NCBI GenBank assembly: GCA_041891055.1
Contig: CP169075.1
Location: forward strand, 52,001 to 116,000
From: Halorutilales archaeon Cl-col2-1
GTDB lineage: Archaea; Halobacteriota; Halobacteria; Halobacteriales; Afararchaeaceae
DNA: 64,000 bases
Direction of reading: 5' to 3'
Below are positions 40,603 through 51,738 of this stretch, one piece after another; position 1 is the first letter of the stretch; every line of letters begins with the position of its first letter. The translations under genes and the position numbers were made by a program. The notes beneath the pieces were generated by a model, which did no database searches, was not told the origin of the DNA, and was given only the letters and a program-made list of their open reading frames with translations.

Positions 40603-41631
40603 ATGTCTAACAGACCAAAGATAAGCCTAAGTCTCTCCGAGCTAACACGCAGAGAGTTTCACACCGAGTTCTGGAGTCAGAACTTCGAGTTGCTCGGTCA
40701 AGCAGTCCAAAGAATAGTCAAAGAGAAAGAACTCACGACCTGGAGTCAACTGCCGTCGTACCTGTGGCGTAACGGCGTAACCGAGATGAATAGAGAGTAC
40801 GCCCTCGACATGGTAGCCTTCGAGTTCGAGAAAGAGACCTCGGTAGAGAGACTCAAAAACCTCACTCTTCTACTCGGTTCGGGTAAGAGGATCAGCCCCG
40901 TCGACGAAGAGCTATATGGCACATACAACACCACCAAAGACGACGTCTTCGCACCCTTCAAGATCCTCGATATAGCCGGCATACAGCCCGAAATCGAGAT
41001 AGATATACCCTCCAGAGCGGTGGGTGGGATCGATAGAAAGTTCTTCGACGAATTGGGCGAATACGTCGACTTAGAGATAGAGGTCAGCCTTGGAGATATA
41101 GACGAACCTAGACAACTACCGGAGTATGTTTGCCTGAAAGTCAAGACAGATCCATCGAAGAAGGACAAGTACGGATACTGGCATAAAAGACAAGACCTCC
41201 ACAAAGCCGTAGAGACTCCGGACAGAGCGCTGAGAGTACTCGAGGACATAGCCGATGATCTACAGACCAAGAGCAACGACTACGAGTACAACTATGAGCA
41301 ACTACAGAAACTAACCCACCTCGACAGGAGTACTCTGATAACCTATACGAGGCTCTTAGAGGCGAATAATCTGATAGATAGGTCTCGGGACGAAAGACGT
41401 GTAAAGATCTCTCTGACCGACGTAGGTGTAGCTTTCACGAGTCTAGTGATGAACATCGACGTAAAGAACAGAGAGTATCTCAGAATAGCTCTCAGAGCAT
41501 TCTCTGTAGATGTTTTTCTTACCTCGTCTTCGAAACTGGATACTCTAGAAAGAGAAGATTTTGACACGGATACCAGCAGAAGAAGACAGAGTAAGCCTCC
41601 TCCAAAGACAAAGAAAAGTAAGGTAATCTAG
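40603..41631 (+). CDS. Hypothetical protein with C-terminal winged HTH (possibly a reduced RepH-like plasmid protein)
   Basis: YNYEQLQKLTHLDRSTLITYTRLLEANNLIDR..ISLTDVG wHTH; the RepH resemblance is only an impression. Confidence 0.5.
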   Translation: MSNRPKISLSLSELTRREFHTEFWSQNFELLGQAVQRIVKEKELTTWSQLPSYLWRNGVTEMNREYALDMVAFEFEKETSVERLKNLTLLLGSGKRISPVDEELYGTYNTTKDDVFAPFKILDIAGIQPEIEIDIPSRAVGGIDRKFFDELGEYVDLEIEVSLGDIDEPRQLPEYVCLKVKTDPSKKDKYGYWHKRQDLHKAVETPDRALRVLEDIADDLQTKSNDYEYNYEQLQKLTHLDRSTLITYTRLLEANNLIDRSRDERRVKISLTDVGVAFTSLVMNIDVKNREYLRIALRAFSVDVFLTSSSKLDTLEREDFDTDTSRRRQSKPPPKTKKSKVI

Positions 41632-42070
41632 CTTTACACCGACGCCTTACGGCAGTTTGTTAGCTTTCGTCTCATTAGAGCCATCTCCGAGAAACTCTCC
41701 GCTCACTCACCCACGGAGTCTTCGTGTTCTTGCGATTCTAGTGAAAATAACCTAGACCGACCTTTTCTGAGAACAACGTCGAGAACCATACCAAAAATCC
41801 ATCCTCAGCTCATTCTACGGATCCTCTGAGAAAGTCTTCTATAGAGTCTCTACCTAACTCCATTTGTCTGTTCTCAAGAAAAATCAAAGACAGCGTATAC
41901 ATAGTGCTATATGTAGTTCTATTCTCCTCTCCACGAGACCTACAGATAGAATTCTATCTCTTCTCTAGAGGTCGTTACCCCCGTAGGCAGTCTATACCGT
42001 CCAAGGTTTGTTCTGTCCAATTAGCTAACGCTATTCAGGTAACAAGTCGTCTGAAAGGTGCTGAGAACAG

Positions 42071-42187
42071 TCAACCGGGATTGCTTCCCACGCTGCTTGA
42101 ACTGCTTTTGCGTATTTCGATCCCACAAGACCGAAGGTCTTGTGAACGCCGTAAACGGCGGGATTCTCTCCTCGCAGAAAGATAGCT
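42071..42187 (-). mobile_element. Small IS200/IS605 end remnant with a hairpin insertion
   Basis: GTCAACC end; ATCC..CGCCGTAAACGGCGGGATT hairpin interrupted by CACAAGACC-GAA-GGTCTTGTG. Confidence 0.5.
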
Positions 42188-42233
42188 CATGTGAACCACT
42201 AGTCTATATACCACGCTGGTTTGATTTAGGATT

Positions 42234-43220
42234 ATGTCCAACTCAGAAGTGTTGGAGAGGTTGCAGGAAATGACTCCTCGAGAGTTCGAGCACTTCGTAG
42301 CCGATCTCTGGGAGCGTCGAGGTTGGGATACAGCTGAAGTTAGCGATAAAGGTGCTGACGCAGGTGTTGATGTCGTCGCTAGAAAAGACGGTGTCTTCGA
42401 AGAGAAGCAGGTTATACAAGCTAAGCGATATTCTCGGAAGAAGAATAACAAAGTGGAGGGGCCCGAGGTTCAGCAGTATGCTTCTCTCCCAGACCAGACA
42501 GGTGCAGATAGTGTCGTGATAGTTACTACAGGGAGATTTACAGATCCTGCTAAAGAACGTGCCAATGATCTTAATGTCAAGACAGTAGATGGAGACGATA
42601 TCCTCGAGATGATAGAGAAACACAACTCCGGGGATCTCGTCGAAGAATATGCTCCTACGATGGAAGAGATCAAGGCGTCCGAAAGTCCAACATCGGGATC
42701 GAGGTCGAGTCCAGCTACAGCGGGAGGTGATAGTAGCGACTCAGATTCCAATGTTGGAGGAGTAGTAGTACTACTGGTTATCTTGCTGGGTGCTGCCTTC
42801 GTCTTCGGAGGTGGGGGTGGGGGAGGAACTACAGGATCTCCATCTACGGACGGTGGCTCTCCGGTAGCGAGTGGATCTATGGACAGTTTAGATGTCACTG
42901 TTGAAAACGCTAAGTCCGTAGAAGGCTACGCTCTTGTGAAACTGAGTATCGAGAACACAGGTAGTAGTCCCCAGTCCTTTCCGAGTGGTACGAGCATGAA
43001 TTTGGTACACAACGGCTCGACTGAGTTCTCTACTACGTATGACAATATGAGTATAGGCGGGCGCGAGTACGTGAATTACCAGTCGTTGAGTGGATCTTTA
43101 GAGTCGGGGCAGTCTACCTCAGGATGGATGATCTATGACATCGGTGAAGAGGTCTCATGGGAGAATGCTAAGATAGAATACGATGGTGAGATGGGTAGCT
43201 TTGAGTTGAAAATGGGTTAG
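42234..43220 (+). CDS. Mrr-family restriction endonuclease - TM helix - C-terminal DUF4352-like beta domain
   Basis: PREFEHFVADL, DAGVDVVA, VIQAKRY; VGGVVVLLVILLGAAFVF; SLESGQSTSGWMIYDI. Confidence 0.82.
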   Translation: MSNSEVLERLQEMTPREFEHFVADLWERRGWDTAEVSDKGADAGVDVVARKDGVFEEKQVIQAKRYSRKKNNKVEGPEVQQYASLPDQTGADSVVIVTTGRFTDPAKERANDLNVKTVDGDDILEMIEKHNSGDLVEEYAPTMEEIKASESPTSGSRSSPATAGGDSSDSDSNVGGVVVLLVILLGAAFVFGGGGGGGTTGSPSTDGGSPVASGSMDSLDVTVENAKSVEGYALVKLSIENTGSSPQSFPSGTSMNLVHNGSTEFSTTYDNMSIGGREYVNYQSLSGSLESGQSTSGWMIYDIGEEVSWENAKIEYDGEMGSFELKMG

Positions 43221-43282
43221 AGAAGAAGCTAACGAACGTTTGTTTCTAGAGAATTCACCGAAGATGTTGGTTAGCTCAAGAG

Positions 43283-44044
43283 TCAATCTAGTTCTAATTC
43301 AGCCCAATTCCAGAATTCCTCAGGTGTACTGTAAATCACCTCACCGTGACCTCCTGTGTCGTGTACTTCAGAATGGCAACTAGGACAAAGGGGAACAACA
43401 TTCTCCTCTTCAGCAGCCCCTTTGTCATCAACTGGCTGCACATGATGGATTTTACATTGTGAAAGACGGTTTCTGAATTCACCACATCCAACACATGCCC
43501 CATAATCATCTAATATTTCCTTCCGACGAACCATATCCACCTGTTCAACTCTCCGTTTCGCAGCATTATTTTGTAGTTTCACTTGACCTTCTTTTTCATC
43601 CCAAACAAATCTTCGAACATATACTTTATGTGCATCTGTTGCCTTCGCAATTCGGTAAACACCAGGGTCTCTTCCAAATACATGGATTAGAACGGCTATC
43701 TTTTCTTGCTTCTTGCCACTTGGACAGACATCATTTATTACTCTATCTAACAATGATAGAATCTCTTCATCAGATTCTTTTTTAATAAGTTCCTTTTGTA
43801 GAGATCCAATATCAAGGTCATCAGGGATCGAGTATTCAACTTTCTCTGGGTCTTTGGTTTCTCCATTTGCGATTCTTATTGCGAGTTTCTCACCCACTCC
43901 GTCAATCTGCGTTATTTCTTCGACATCTGCCCTCTCGAGTCTTTCAACCGATCTGAAAACATGCAAAAGATCTTCAGCTTTAGAGTGTCCACAACCCTCG
44001 TAATGATTCTTCAAATACGAAATCGAATTGGATTCAGAACCCAT
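43283..44044 (-). CDS. HhH + HNH endonuclease
   Basis: IDGVGEKLA (HhH); CVGCG..HHVQP..ENVVPLCPSCHSEVH. Confidence 0.85.
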   Translation of the reverse strand: MGSESNSISYLKNHYEGCGHSKAEDLLHVFRSVERLERADVEEITQIDGVGEKLAIRIANGETKDPEKVEYSIPDDLDIGSLQKELIKKESDEEILSLLDRVINDVCPSGKKQEKIAVLIHVFGRDPGVYRIAKATDAHKVYVRRFVWDEKEGQVKLQNNAAKRRVEQVDMVRRKEILDDYGACVGCGEFRNRLSQCKIHHVQPVDDKGAAEEENVVPLCPSCHSEVHDTGGHGEVIYSTPEEFWNWAELELD

Positions 44045-44142
44045 ACACTCAGAATATAAGATAAGTCATATTATAATCTATTGAAATCGTCAATAACTGA
44101 AAGTTATCTGAGAGGGTCTCAAAGAGTCATAGTATCTCTGAG

Positions 44143-44223
44143 TACTAACCAACGAATCTAAAATTTGTCTATAGATGTTGGTTAGCCCAAGTGTTAATCT
44201 GAGTCACCTGACTCAGCTTAACA
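44143..44223. repeat. Site A (44143-44187) directly adjoining palindrome B (44192-44223)
   Basis: TACTAACCAACG-N21-TGTTGGTTAGCC; TGTTAATCTGAGTCA-CC-TGACTCAGCTTAACA. Confidence 0.85.
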
Positions 44224-44380
44224 TATATCCATCTACTCCGAATACTCAAGTAATATTTGCCCATAATATTCAAAACGAGGAGTTATCTTGAGATAGCTGG
44301 GTGATGAAGACATATCTGTCAAATATTGCCTTGTCTTTTTCAAAGAGTTTAAACACTTATATCTGTAAATTTTACTCAAG

Positions 44381-44836
44381 ATGACATACGAGAACCTTGA
44401 TCTCAAAATCATAAACCTACTCGAGGACGATGCACGTAGAAGTCTTAGGAGCCTAGCCGAAGAGCTCGATGTCTCGGTCACAACTGTAAGCAACCATCTT
44501 GAGAACATGCAAGAGGAGGGTATAGTAAAAGGCTTCAAACCAGTCGTCAACTACGACGAACTCGGTTACGGCGTCACAGCCACAGTGATGATAAAAGCCG
44601 AGGGTAACAGCATCCTCGATCTCACAGAAGACCTCAAAGACATAGACTCGTTCTTGAGTGTCTATGAGGTCACAGGAGAGTTCGACATAATCGCTATAGG
44701 CAAGTTCGAGAGCACGGAGGCAATGAACAACGTAATCAAGAACCTCTTAGAGAATCCCAACATAGCTGAGACCAACACCAACGTCGTCTTAGAAACTCAC
44801 AAAGAAAACGAAGACATCGAGTTCGAAGTGAACTAG
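44381..44836 (+). CDS. lrp: Lrp/AsnC transcriptional regulator
   Basis: DARRSLRSLAEELDVSVTTVSNHL; VYEVTGEFDII. Confidence 0.92.
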   Translation: MTYENLDLKIINLLEDDARRSLRSLAEELDVSVTTVSNHLENMQEEGIVKGFKPVVNYDELGYGVTATVMIKAEGNSILDLTEDLKDIDSFLSVYEVTGEFDIIAIGKFESTEAMNNVIKNLLENPNIAETNTNVVLETHKENEDIEFEVN

Positions 44837-45114
44837 GTTTCTGTAGTTTCTTCTCACAGAGTATCGTCATACGCACGTCTTATTTTTTACAGATATAGAC
44901 AGAAAGTATTTAACACATCTAAGTATACTCATGTTTGGGGGTTGTTGAGGACTAGATTCAGGGATTATTCCAATCCCCGCCCTCCTTCCAATAACCATTT
45001 TTAGGATGCTCCTTTCCAGAGCGGGGTGATTGTACTAGCTAACCAACACTCCTAGAGAATCTTCGAAAATGTTGGTTAGCTCAAGGACTAATCCATCCAA
45101 GGAGTGTTTCCACT

Positions 45115-45596
45115 AACACCACCGTGTCAAGTATTTCAAGTCAAAGATTTTTTTAAGTACACACACACCCCACTATGTCAAGTATTAGAGAAGAAAACTA
45201 GCTAACTCAATTAAGCTGTCGTTAAACTCTTATCAGACTCTTCTTCACTTTCTATCTGACCTTATACTAACTAACTAACATGTCAGTAATATTATACTAC
45301 TCTAGAAATAGTATTATATATATAGAACCCAGATGATCCAGACGAAACCAAGCCTATCATAGGGAAATATTCTTCCTTATTTTTCTATTTCTTTTAATCA
45401 GATCAAAGATCTTTTTATCTATTCAACGACCTTTAGCACTCATTCCTACGTCTTCTTGCGTTTATACTTGACATGGTGGGGTGTGTGGAGTGAATATTCC
45501 TGCAGAGCGTTTCTCCAAGTTATACTTGACATGGTGGGGTGGGGGTCATTTATAAAGAACCCCATTTACTTGACATACTTGACATACTTGACACTA
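45115..45596. promoter_or_regulatory. Replication origin 2 (G-string ORBs, AT-rich DUE)
   Basis: CACACCCCACTATGTCAAGTA inverted against two ATACTTGACATGGTGGGGTG; (TACTTGACA)x3 before orc1. Confidence 0.85.
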
Positions 45597-45634
45597 CGGT
45601 TTTATATACTGTTAGTCATAATACCATTCCTAAG

Positions 45635-46882
45635 ATGGGAGTCTTCGAGAAGAAAAATACAATCTTTGAGAACGAGGATGTATTCAGAGACGATTATCAG
45701 CCCGACAAGATCTATGAGAGAGACGAAGAACTAGATGACTACATCGCCGCTTTACAGCCTGTCGTAAATGGAGCAATCCCTCGTAACATCTTCCTCTACG
45801 GAAAAACCGGTGTCGGCAAAACGGTAGCTACGAGATTCCTAATGGATCAGCTCAAGCAAGATATCGACGATGGCATAGATCTAAGCATCGTTAACATGAA
45901 CTGCACTAATCTCAACTCCACCTATCAGGTTGCCATCAACCTCGTTAATAAGCTGAAAGAAAAACAGGGCAAATCAGAGATAAAGACTAGCGGCTATCCA
46001 CAGCAGGATGTCTTCAATATGCTCTATGATGAACTCGATGAGTTAGGAGGCACTATTCTAATTGTCCTCGACGAGATCGACAACATCGGTAGTGATGATA
46101 CACTTCTCTACGAGCTTCCTAGAGCACGTGCTAATGGATACGTCGACGATGCAAAGCCCGGAGTTATTGGGATAAGTAATAAACTCTCGTTTAAGAGAAA
46201 TCTTTCCTCTAAGGTCAAAGACTCCCTCTGTGACGAGGAGATAAACTTCTCTCCGTATGATGCTAATCAACTACGTGAGATCCTCTCGAGAAGGGCCGAA
46301 AAAGGATTCAAGGATGGTGTGTTAGGAGAGAGCGTTATACAGCTCGCTAGTGCCCTCGCTGCTCAGGATAGGGGGAGTGCGAGACAGGCTCTTGATCTTC
46401 TGTATAAAGCCGGTGATATAGCACGTAGATCTGATTCTGATACAGTCGAGGAAAAGCATCTCAAGAAGGCTGATAGGGAGCTTGAGAAGGATCAGATAAA
46501 GGAGGGCATCGATACTCTAACCACCCAAGGTAGACTTACTCTTCTTACTGTAGTTAAACTGAGTCTGAAAGATGATCCTCCTTTCAGAACCCGCGATATC
46601 TATCCAGAATACAGAGATCTTGCACGGAGAGGATTTGATATTGATCCTCTCGTGAGGAGAAGAATGCATGACCATCTCAAGGATCTCGGCATGCTGGGTA
46701 TACTCGAGATATACGAGAGATACGAGGGTAAACAAGGTGGGAGTTACTACGAGTACGAGCTTGATATCCCTCTCAACAGTGCTGTAGAAGCCTTCGGGGA
46801 ACAAGTAGGTACAGATCAAAGACACAGGATAAATCTGACTGATGACATCAAGAGCCTCATAAAACGTAATGGGTTGATGTAG
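45635..46882 (+). CDS. orc1: Orc1/Cdc6 replication initiator
   Basis: YGKTGVGKT, VLDEID, LLYELPRA, PYDANQLREIL, C-terminal wHTH; start MGVFEKKN at 45635. Confidence 0.95.
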   Translation: MGVFEKKNTIFENEDVFRDDYQPDKIYERDEELDDYIAALQPVVNGAIPRNIFLYGKTGVGKTVATRFLMDQLKQDIDDGIDLSIVNMNCTNLNSTYQVAINLVNKLKEKQGKSEIKTSGYPQQDVFNMLYDELDELGGTILIVLDEIDNIGSDDTLLYELPRARANGYVDDAKPGVIGISNKLSFKRNLSSKVKDSLCDEEINFSPYDANQLREILSRRAEKGFKDGVLGESVIQLASALAAQDRGSARQALDLLYKAGDIARRSDSDTVEEKHLKKADRELEKDQIKEGIDTLTTQGRLTLLTVVKLSLKDDPPFRTRDIYPEYRDLARRGFDIDPLVRRRMHDHLKDLGMLGILEIYERYEGKQGGSYYEYELDIPLNSAVEAFGEQVGTDQRHRINLTDDIKSLIKRNGLM

Positions 46883-47026
46883 TTAGTTGGGTTCGAGTAG
46901 CTAACCAACACCTCTAGAGAGCTTTCGAAAATGTTGGTTAGCTCCCCCAAGGTAACCACGGTGATATATCTGAGTCTTCCCTTAACCTCTCGACCTCGAC
47001 GCCCACGATCCCGTTGAAGCTGTCCA

Positions 47027-47380
47027 CTACCACCTGTCGGGGTTAGAGGCATTCATCTCAATCGCGTCGAGATGAAATACCTGCAACCGTCCGTCCTCAT
47101 TTCTCTCGTTGAGAAGATAGATTCGAACATCTGAGTCTTCGAGTATCTCGGAGATTCCGCCGTCGACGAACTGAGCCTCGTCGACAGCTCCGTTCCGGTG
47201 CATGACACGGAAGATGTCGGTGGTCTCGTTAACCTCTAGTACTCTTACTCGCTCGGCGTTGGGTATCTCTCCCTCTGCCTCGTCGTTGCTCGTCACCGTC
47301 TCCAGTAGGAAAGACCCGCCTACGAGGGCGAATAGAGCCAAGAAAGTCAGTCCGACAGTAAGTGCCTTCCTATTCATCAA
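47027..47380 (-). CDS. Secreted or membrane-anchored hypothetical protein
   Basis: N-terminal RK plus hydrophobic helix. Confidence 0.55.
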   Translation of the reverse strand: MMNRKALTVGLTFLALFALVGGSFLLETVTSNDEAEGEIPNAERVRVLEVNETTDIFRVMHRNGAVDEAQFVDGGISEILEDSDVRIYLLNERNEDGRLQVFHLDAIEMNASNPDRW

Positions 47381-47458
47381 GACTCAACCTCGACTGACGT
47401 CTTTCGAGATTGTATAAGCGTCGGAGTGGGGTGAACAATGCTTTCTAGCACTTGCTAG

Positions 47459-49624
47459 ACTTCAGTCCCTACAAGGGTTCATCTGTAACATTGTTAATTT
47501 CTGATTGTAGCCACTTCAAAAACTTGCTTCAACCCCACAAGGGTTCATCTGTAACGGAGATACAATAAGAGTGATCTGGACTTCATCTAACGGCTTCAAC
47601 CCCACAAGGGTTCATCTGTAACGTCACCTTCTTGGTCTTGGCTTTCTCCTGAGGATGAAGCTTCAACCCCACAAGGGTTCATCTGTAACGGATACCGATG
47701 AGTACGATCTGCCCCCAGCGGATGAGGCTTCAACCCCACAAGGGTTCATCTGTAACCCCGAGTGCGGATTCGTGGACGACGGTCGCCTCACTGCTTCAAC
47801 CCCACAAGGGTTCATCTGTAACTTTTCTCTACGTACTCTTTAGTATCCTCTTTAGGGAAGCTTCAACCCCACAAGGGTTCATCTGTAACGGGGACATCAC
47901 GCACTATGACGGGAGAGGACATCTACAGCTTCAACCCCACAAGGGTTCATCTGTAACAACTACGATGCAGCAAATGAAAACGTTTCGATAGCAGCTTCAA
48001 CCCCACAAGGGTTCATCTGTAACGATCTCATAGGAGCCGATCTCAGAGGAGCCGATCTCGCTTCAACCCCACAAGGGTTCATCTGTAACTCATCGTACAC
48101 GTTTAATGCAAACTCCATGTCCTCAGGCTTCAACCCCACAAGGGTTCATCTGTAACCGAAAACGGCTATGTTGAATGGTACCTAGTTGATGGCTTCAACC
48201 CCACAAGGGTTCATCTGTAACGATCTAATATGAGCAAACAAGAACGCCGAGAACGAGCGGCTTCAACCCCACAAGGGTTCATCTGTAACTTTGCGAAGCC
48301 CGTACGATTCGAGGTACGCCCATTTTCCCATGCTTCAACCCCACAAGGGTTCATCTGTAACGAGGCACGCAACTCCTACGAAATCCGACCACAGGGGCTT
48401 CAACCCCACAAGGGTTCATCTGTAACTCACACCGAGGCTTGTGGCGACCGCGCAGTCCGCACACGCTTCAACCCCACAAGGGTTCATCTGTAACGTTAGG
48501 CTCAGATTGTAGGTCTTGATGTATGTTCTTTGCTTCAACCCCACAAGGGTTCATCTGTAACGCACCAACATTCTCAGCGGCGTCGGGATCGCCTGACTGC
48601 TTCAACCCCACAAGGGTTCATCTGTAACCAGCGACGGACTCGGCGTATTTGCGCGAATGGACGCTTCAACCCCACAAGGGTTCATCTGTAACGAAAAAGA
48701 CGTCGAAGGCATGACGGAGACGGGGTGGCTTCAACCCCACAAGGGTTCATCTGTAACTGAGTGTAACGGGGTGTCTGTCGGCTTCCTGGTACTTGCTTCA
48801 ACCCCACAAGGGTTCATCTGTAACGACGCGTGGCTACTCGCGTATTATGCGTGCGCGTGAGCTTCAACCCCACAAGGGTTCATCTGTAACTTTTTGTTTT
48901 ATTATCGTTATTTATCTAACTATATAAGGCTTCAACCCCACAAGGGTTCATCTGTAACTGCTCCTCAACTGTTCTTCTATGTCTTCGAGTCCGTAGCTTC
49001 AACCCCACAAGGGTTCATCTGTAACGGAGCAATCGGGAGTGTCACGGAACCCTCCCTGAAAGCTTCAACCCCACAAGGGTTCATCTGTAACCGCTCGACA
49101 ATGTCGCCTCGAAAGCCAAAGTGGTGTGGCTTCAACCCCACAAGGGTTCATCTGTAACTCGGGAATAATCTCGGTGGACTGGGTGAGTTAGTCGGGCTTC
49201 AACCCCACAAGGGTTCATCTGTAACGACGTCGACGCTGAGGCATCCGATGACGACATCCGCGCTTCAACCCCACAAGGGTTCATCTGTAACAGGGGGGCG
49301 AGGGCGGTCACTCCCTCAACCCGCCTCGGCTTCAACCCCACAAGGGTTCATCTGTAACGTGCAAGATCTCATAAATGTCGGCGCGAGAATTCCCGCTTCA
49401 ACCCCACAAGGGTTCATCTGTAACTCAAGATAGTACCGAAGATATTGACGAGTTTAAAGCTTCAACCCCACAAGGGTTCATCTGTAACCGGGGGACTCTT
49501 CGGCGGCTCGAACTCAGACGAAGACGCTTCAACCCCACAAGGGTTCATCTGTAACAAGCACATGGTAGACTCAACTCACGAAAAGGCTCTGATAGCTTCA
49601 ACCCCACAAGGGTTCATCTGTAAC
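47459..49624 (-). CRISPR. Type I-B-type CRISPR array: 33 repeats, 32 spacers (~34-42 bp)
   Basis: 30-bp repeat GTTACAGATGAACCCTTGTGGGGTTGAAGC (minus strand); degenerate terminal repeat at 47459-47489; counted by hand. Confidence 0.98.
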
Positions 49625-49735
49625 CATGCGCTCTAACCCGTCTATAGCGCTGGATTATAGACTGTGTTCATCCACTATATAACCATCGACCCCCAATAAC
49701 GTTCAAACCCCCCGGGGTCGATGGAAATAGAAACA
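49625..49735 (-). promoter_or_regulatory. CRISPR leader
   Basis: TTCCATCGACCCCGGGGGG..TATTGGGGGTCGATGG haloarchaeal leader motif followed by a TTATATAG TATA-like box. Confidence 0.8.
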
Positions 49736-49736
49736 G

Positions 49737-49992
49737 TCACTCTTTCCTCAGACCCAGTCCGCTCTCGATAGAATACAGATCACTCCCTCTAGAGTCGACC
49801 ACGTCAAACTCATCTATATCGTATCCATCGGCTTCGGGAAGGTCTTCAAGCTCTTCGGGTGGTATAGAAGCAAACAGGTACTTGAGTTCATCAAACGCTT
49901 CTTTCGCGTCCTCGTATTCATACTCCCCTTCCCGCTTCTCAAGGTACTCGTTTAACCTCCGCTCGTCTTCATCCGAGGTTAGTACAAGGCAG
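49737..49992 (-). pseudogene. 3' gene remnant cut by the IS4 element, probably the cas3 C-terminus
   Basis: Open frame CLVLTSDEDERRLNEYL..AFDELKYLFASIP..LYSIESGLGLRKE*, no start, abuts the leader. Confidence 0.5.
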
Positions 49993-51395
49993 CATTCGTC
50001 TTCACTTAACGGCGTAATCGAAGGATAGCAGTCGCTTATCGTGGCTCCTTTCCGAGAAGAATGAGGAGGCGAGTCTGTGCAAGACGATACCTCCTCACGA
50101 CGAATTGAACGTCGGCTTACTACTCTCTTTCCGTCCGAGATGCTGGACGACCACGCCGAGGAGGTCGGCGTGGTCGAACGTGACCGGGATCTCCAGATGC
50201 CTCCGCTGGTCTGGTCGCTTGTTCTCGGCTTTACTGCTGGTGAAAGCCGGTCGCTCGCTGATTTTCGACGCAGTTACAACGCAACCGCCGATGACCCACT
50301 CTGTCCGAGTGGCTTCTATCAACGGCTGACGCCGACACTGGCGGAGTACCTGCGCGACCTCGTCGAGCGCGGTCTCGACGAGGTCGCTGTCCCTCACACT
50401 GTCAGCGACGAGTTCAACCGATTTCGGGACATTATGAGTGCTGACGGCACTGTGCTTCGGTTACATGAGTTCCTTGCCGATGCGTACGAAGGCCGCAAGG
50501 AGGAGCAGGCTGGAGCACGGCTCCACCTGCTCCACAACATCACTGAGCAAACCATCGACGATTACACGATCACCGACGAGAAAGACCACGACAGCACACA
50601 GTTTGACACCGGCCCGTGGCTCGAAGATCGGTTGGTGCTGTTCGATCAGGCTTACTTTAAGTACCGCCGATTTGCGCTGATCGATGAGAACGACGGCTAC
50701 TTCGTGAGTCGGCTGAAACCCGACGCAAACCCGGAGATCGTCGAGGAATTACGAGAATGGCGTGGCGACGCCATTCCCTTGGACGGCAAGCAGATTCACG
50801 ATGTGGTCGATGATCTGTACCGCCAGCACATCGACATAACGGTCGAAGCGGAGTTCAAACGCGGGCCGTACAACGGGACACGGTCGCTGGATACGAAGCG
50901 GTTCCGCGTCGTCGGCGTCCGCAACGAGGACGCCGACGACTACCACCTATATATCACGAATCTGCCTCAAGAAGAGTTCACTCCTGAGGATGTAGCAACG
51001 GTATATCGGTGTCGGTGGGAAGCTGAGTTGCTGTTTCGGGAGTTAAAGACGCAGTACGAGCTGGATGAGTTCAACACGAGCAAAGAGCACGTGGTAGAGA
51101 TTCTGGTGTACGCGGCACTGTTGTCGTTGCTGGTGAGCCGTGTGTTGCTTGATCTGGTCACGGAACACGCCGATAAGGATATCGTGTTTCCGCCAGAGCG
51201 CTGGGCGGCGACCTTCCGGTCGCACGCCCAGCTTCTCCTGCATCGACTTGGTGAGTACCTCGGCTACTCACCACCGCCGCTGCTTGATCGGCTCATCGCT
51301 GAAGGACAGAAAATCCATCAGGAACGCCAAATCCTACAGGAAAAGCTCGCTACTGTCACGCAACCGACGGTGGAGGCCTAAACTGAAGACGAATG
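49993..51395 (+). mobile_element. ISH8-type IS4-family element; transposase 50077-51381 appears intact
   Basis: TIRs CATTCGTCTTCACTTA / TAAACTGAAGACGAATG; ADGT, FDQAYF, YRCRWEAELLFRELK; no flanking TSD. Confidence 0.93.
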
Positions 51396-51693
51396 ATGAC
51401 TGGCAGAAGCTACGGGACGACCTCCACGAAAGCGGAGTCCGTCCCTTGATTAAGCATCGTGAATTTACACACCTAGACAAGGCTCACAACGCTAGGATGA
51501 AAGATAAAGATTACAATCAACGCTGGATGTGTGAAACTGTCTTCTCAACCATCAAGCGCACGCTCGGCACAGCCGTGCGTGCGCGCCTCTGGAACCGTGA
51601 GTTCAGAGAAATGATCCTAAAATCTGCTATCTACAACATCGACAAAACTGTCAAATCATGAAATCCTACGCCTTATAGCGATCCTACAAAGCA
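51396..51693 (+). mobile_element. 3' half of an IS5-family element
   Basis: DWQKLRDDL..IKHREF..YNQRWMCETVFSTIKRTLG; degenerate TIR GATCCTACAAAGC. Confidence 0.8.
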
Positions 51694-51738
51694 GAGAACT
51701 CCAAAAGTATCTTCAATTGTGATCGGAATACTTCCGGT

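Noticed and set aside
25295-45634. N-terminal extensions in the ORF track (25417, 25365, 34369, 45539)
   Set aside because: They overlap neighbouring genes, promoters or ORBs; downstream ATGs match family starts
47490-49594. Self-targeting spacers
   Set aside because: No match to the window noticed by eye; not exhaustive, needs BLASTN-short
47655-49636. Short ORFs containing ASTPQGFICN / LQPHKGSSVT
   Set aside because: Translations of CRISPR repeats
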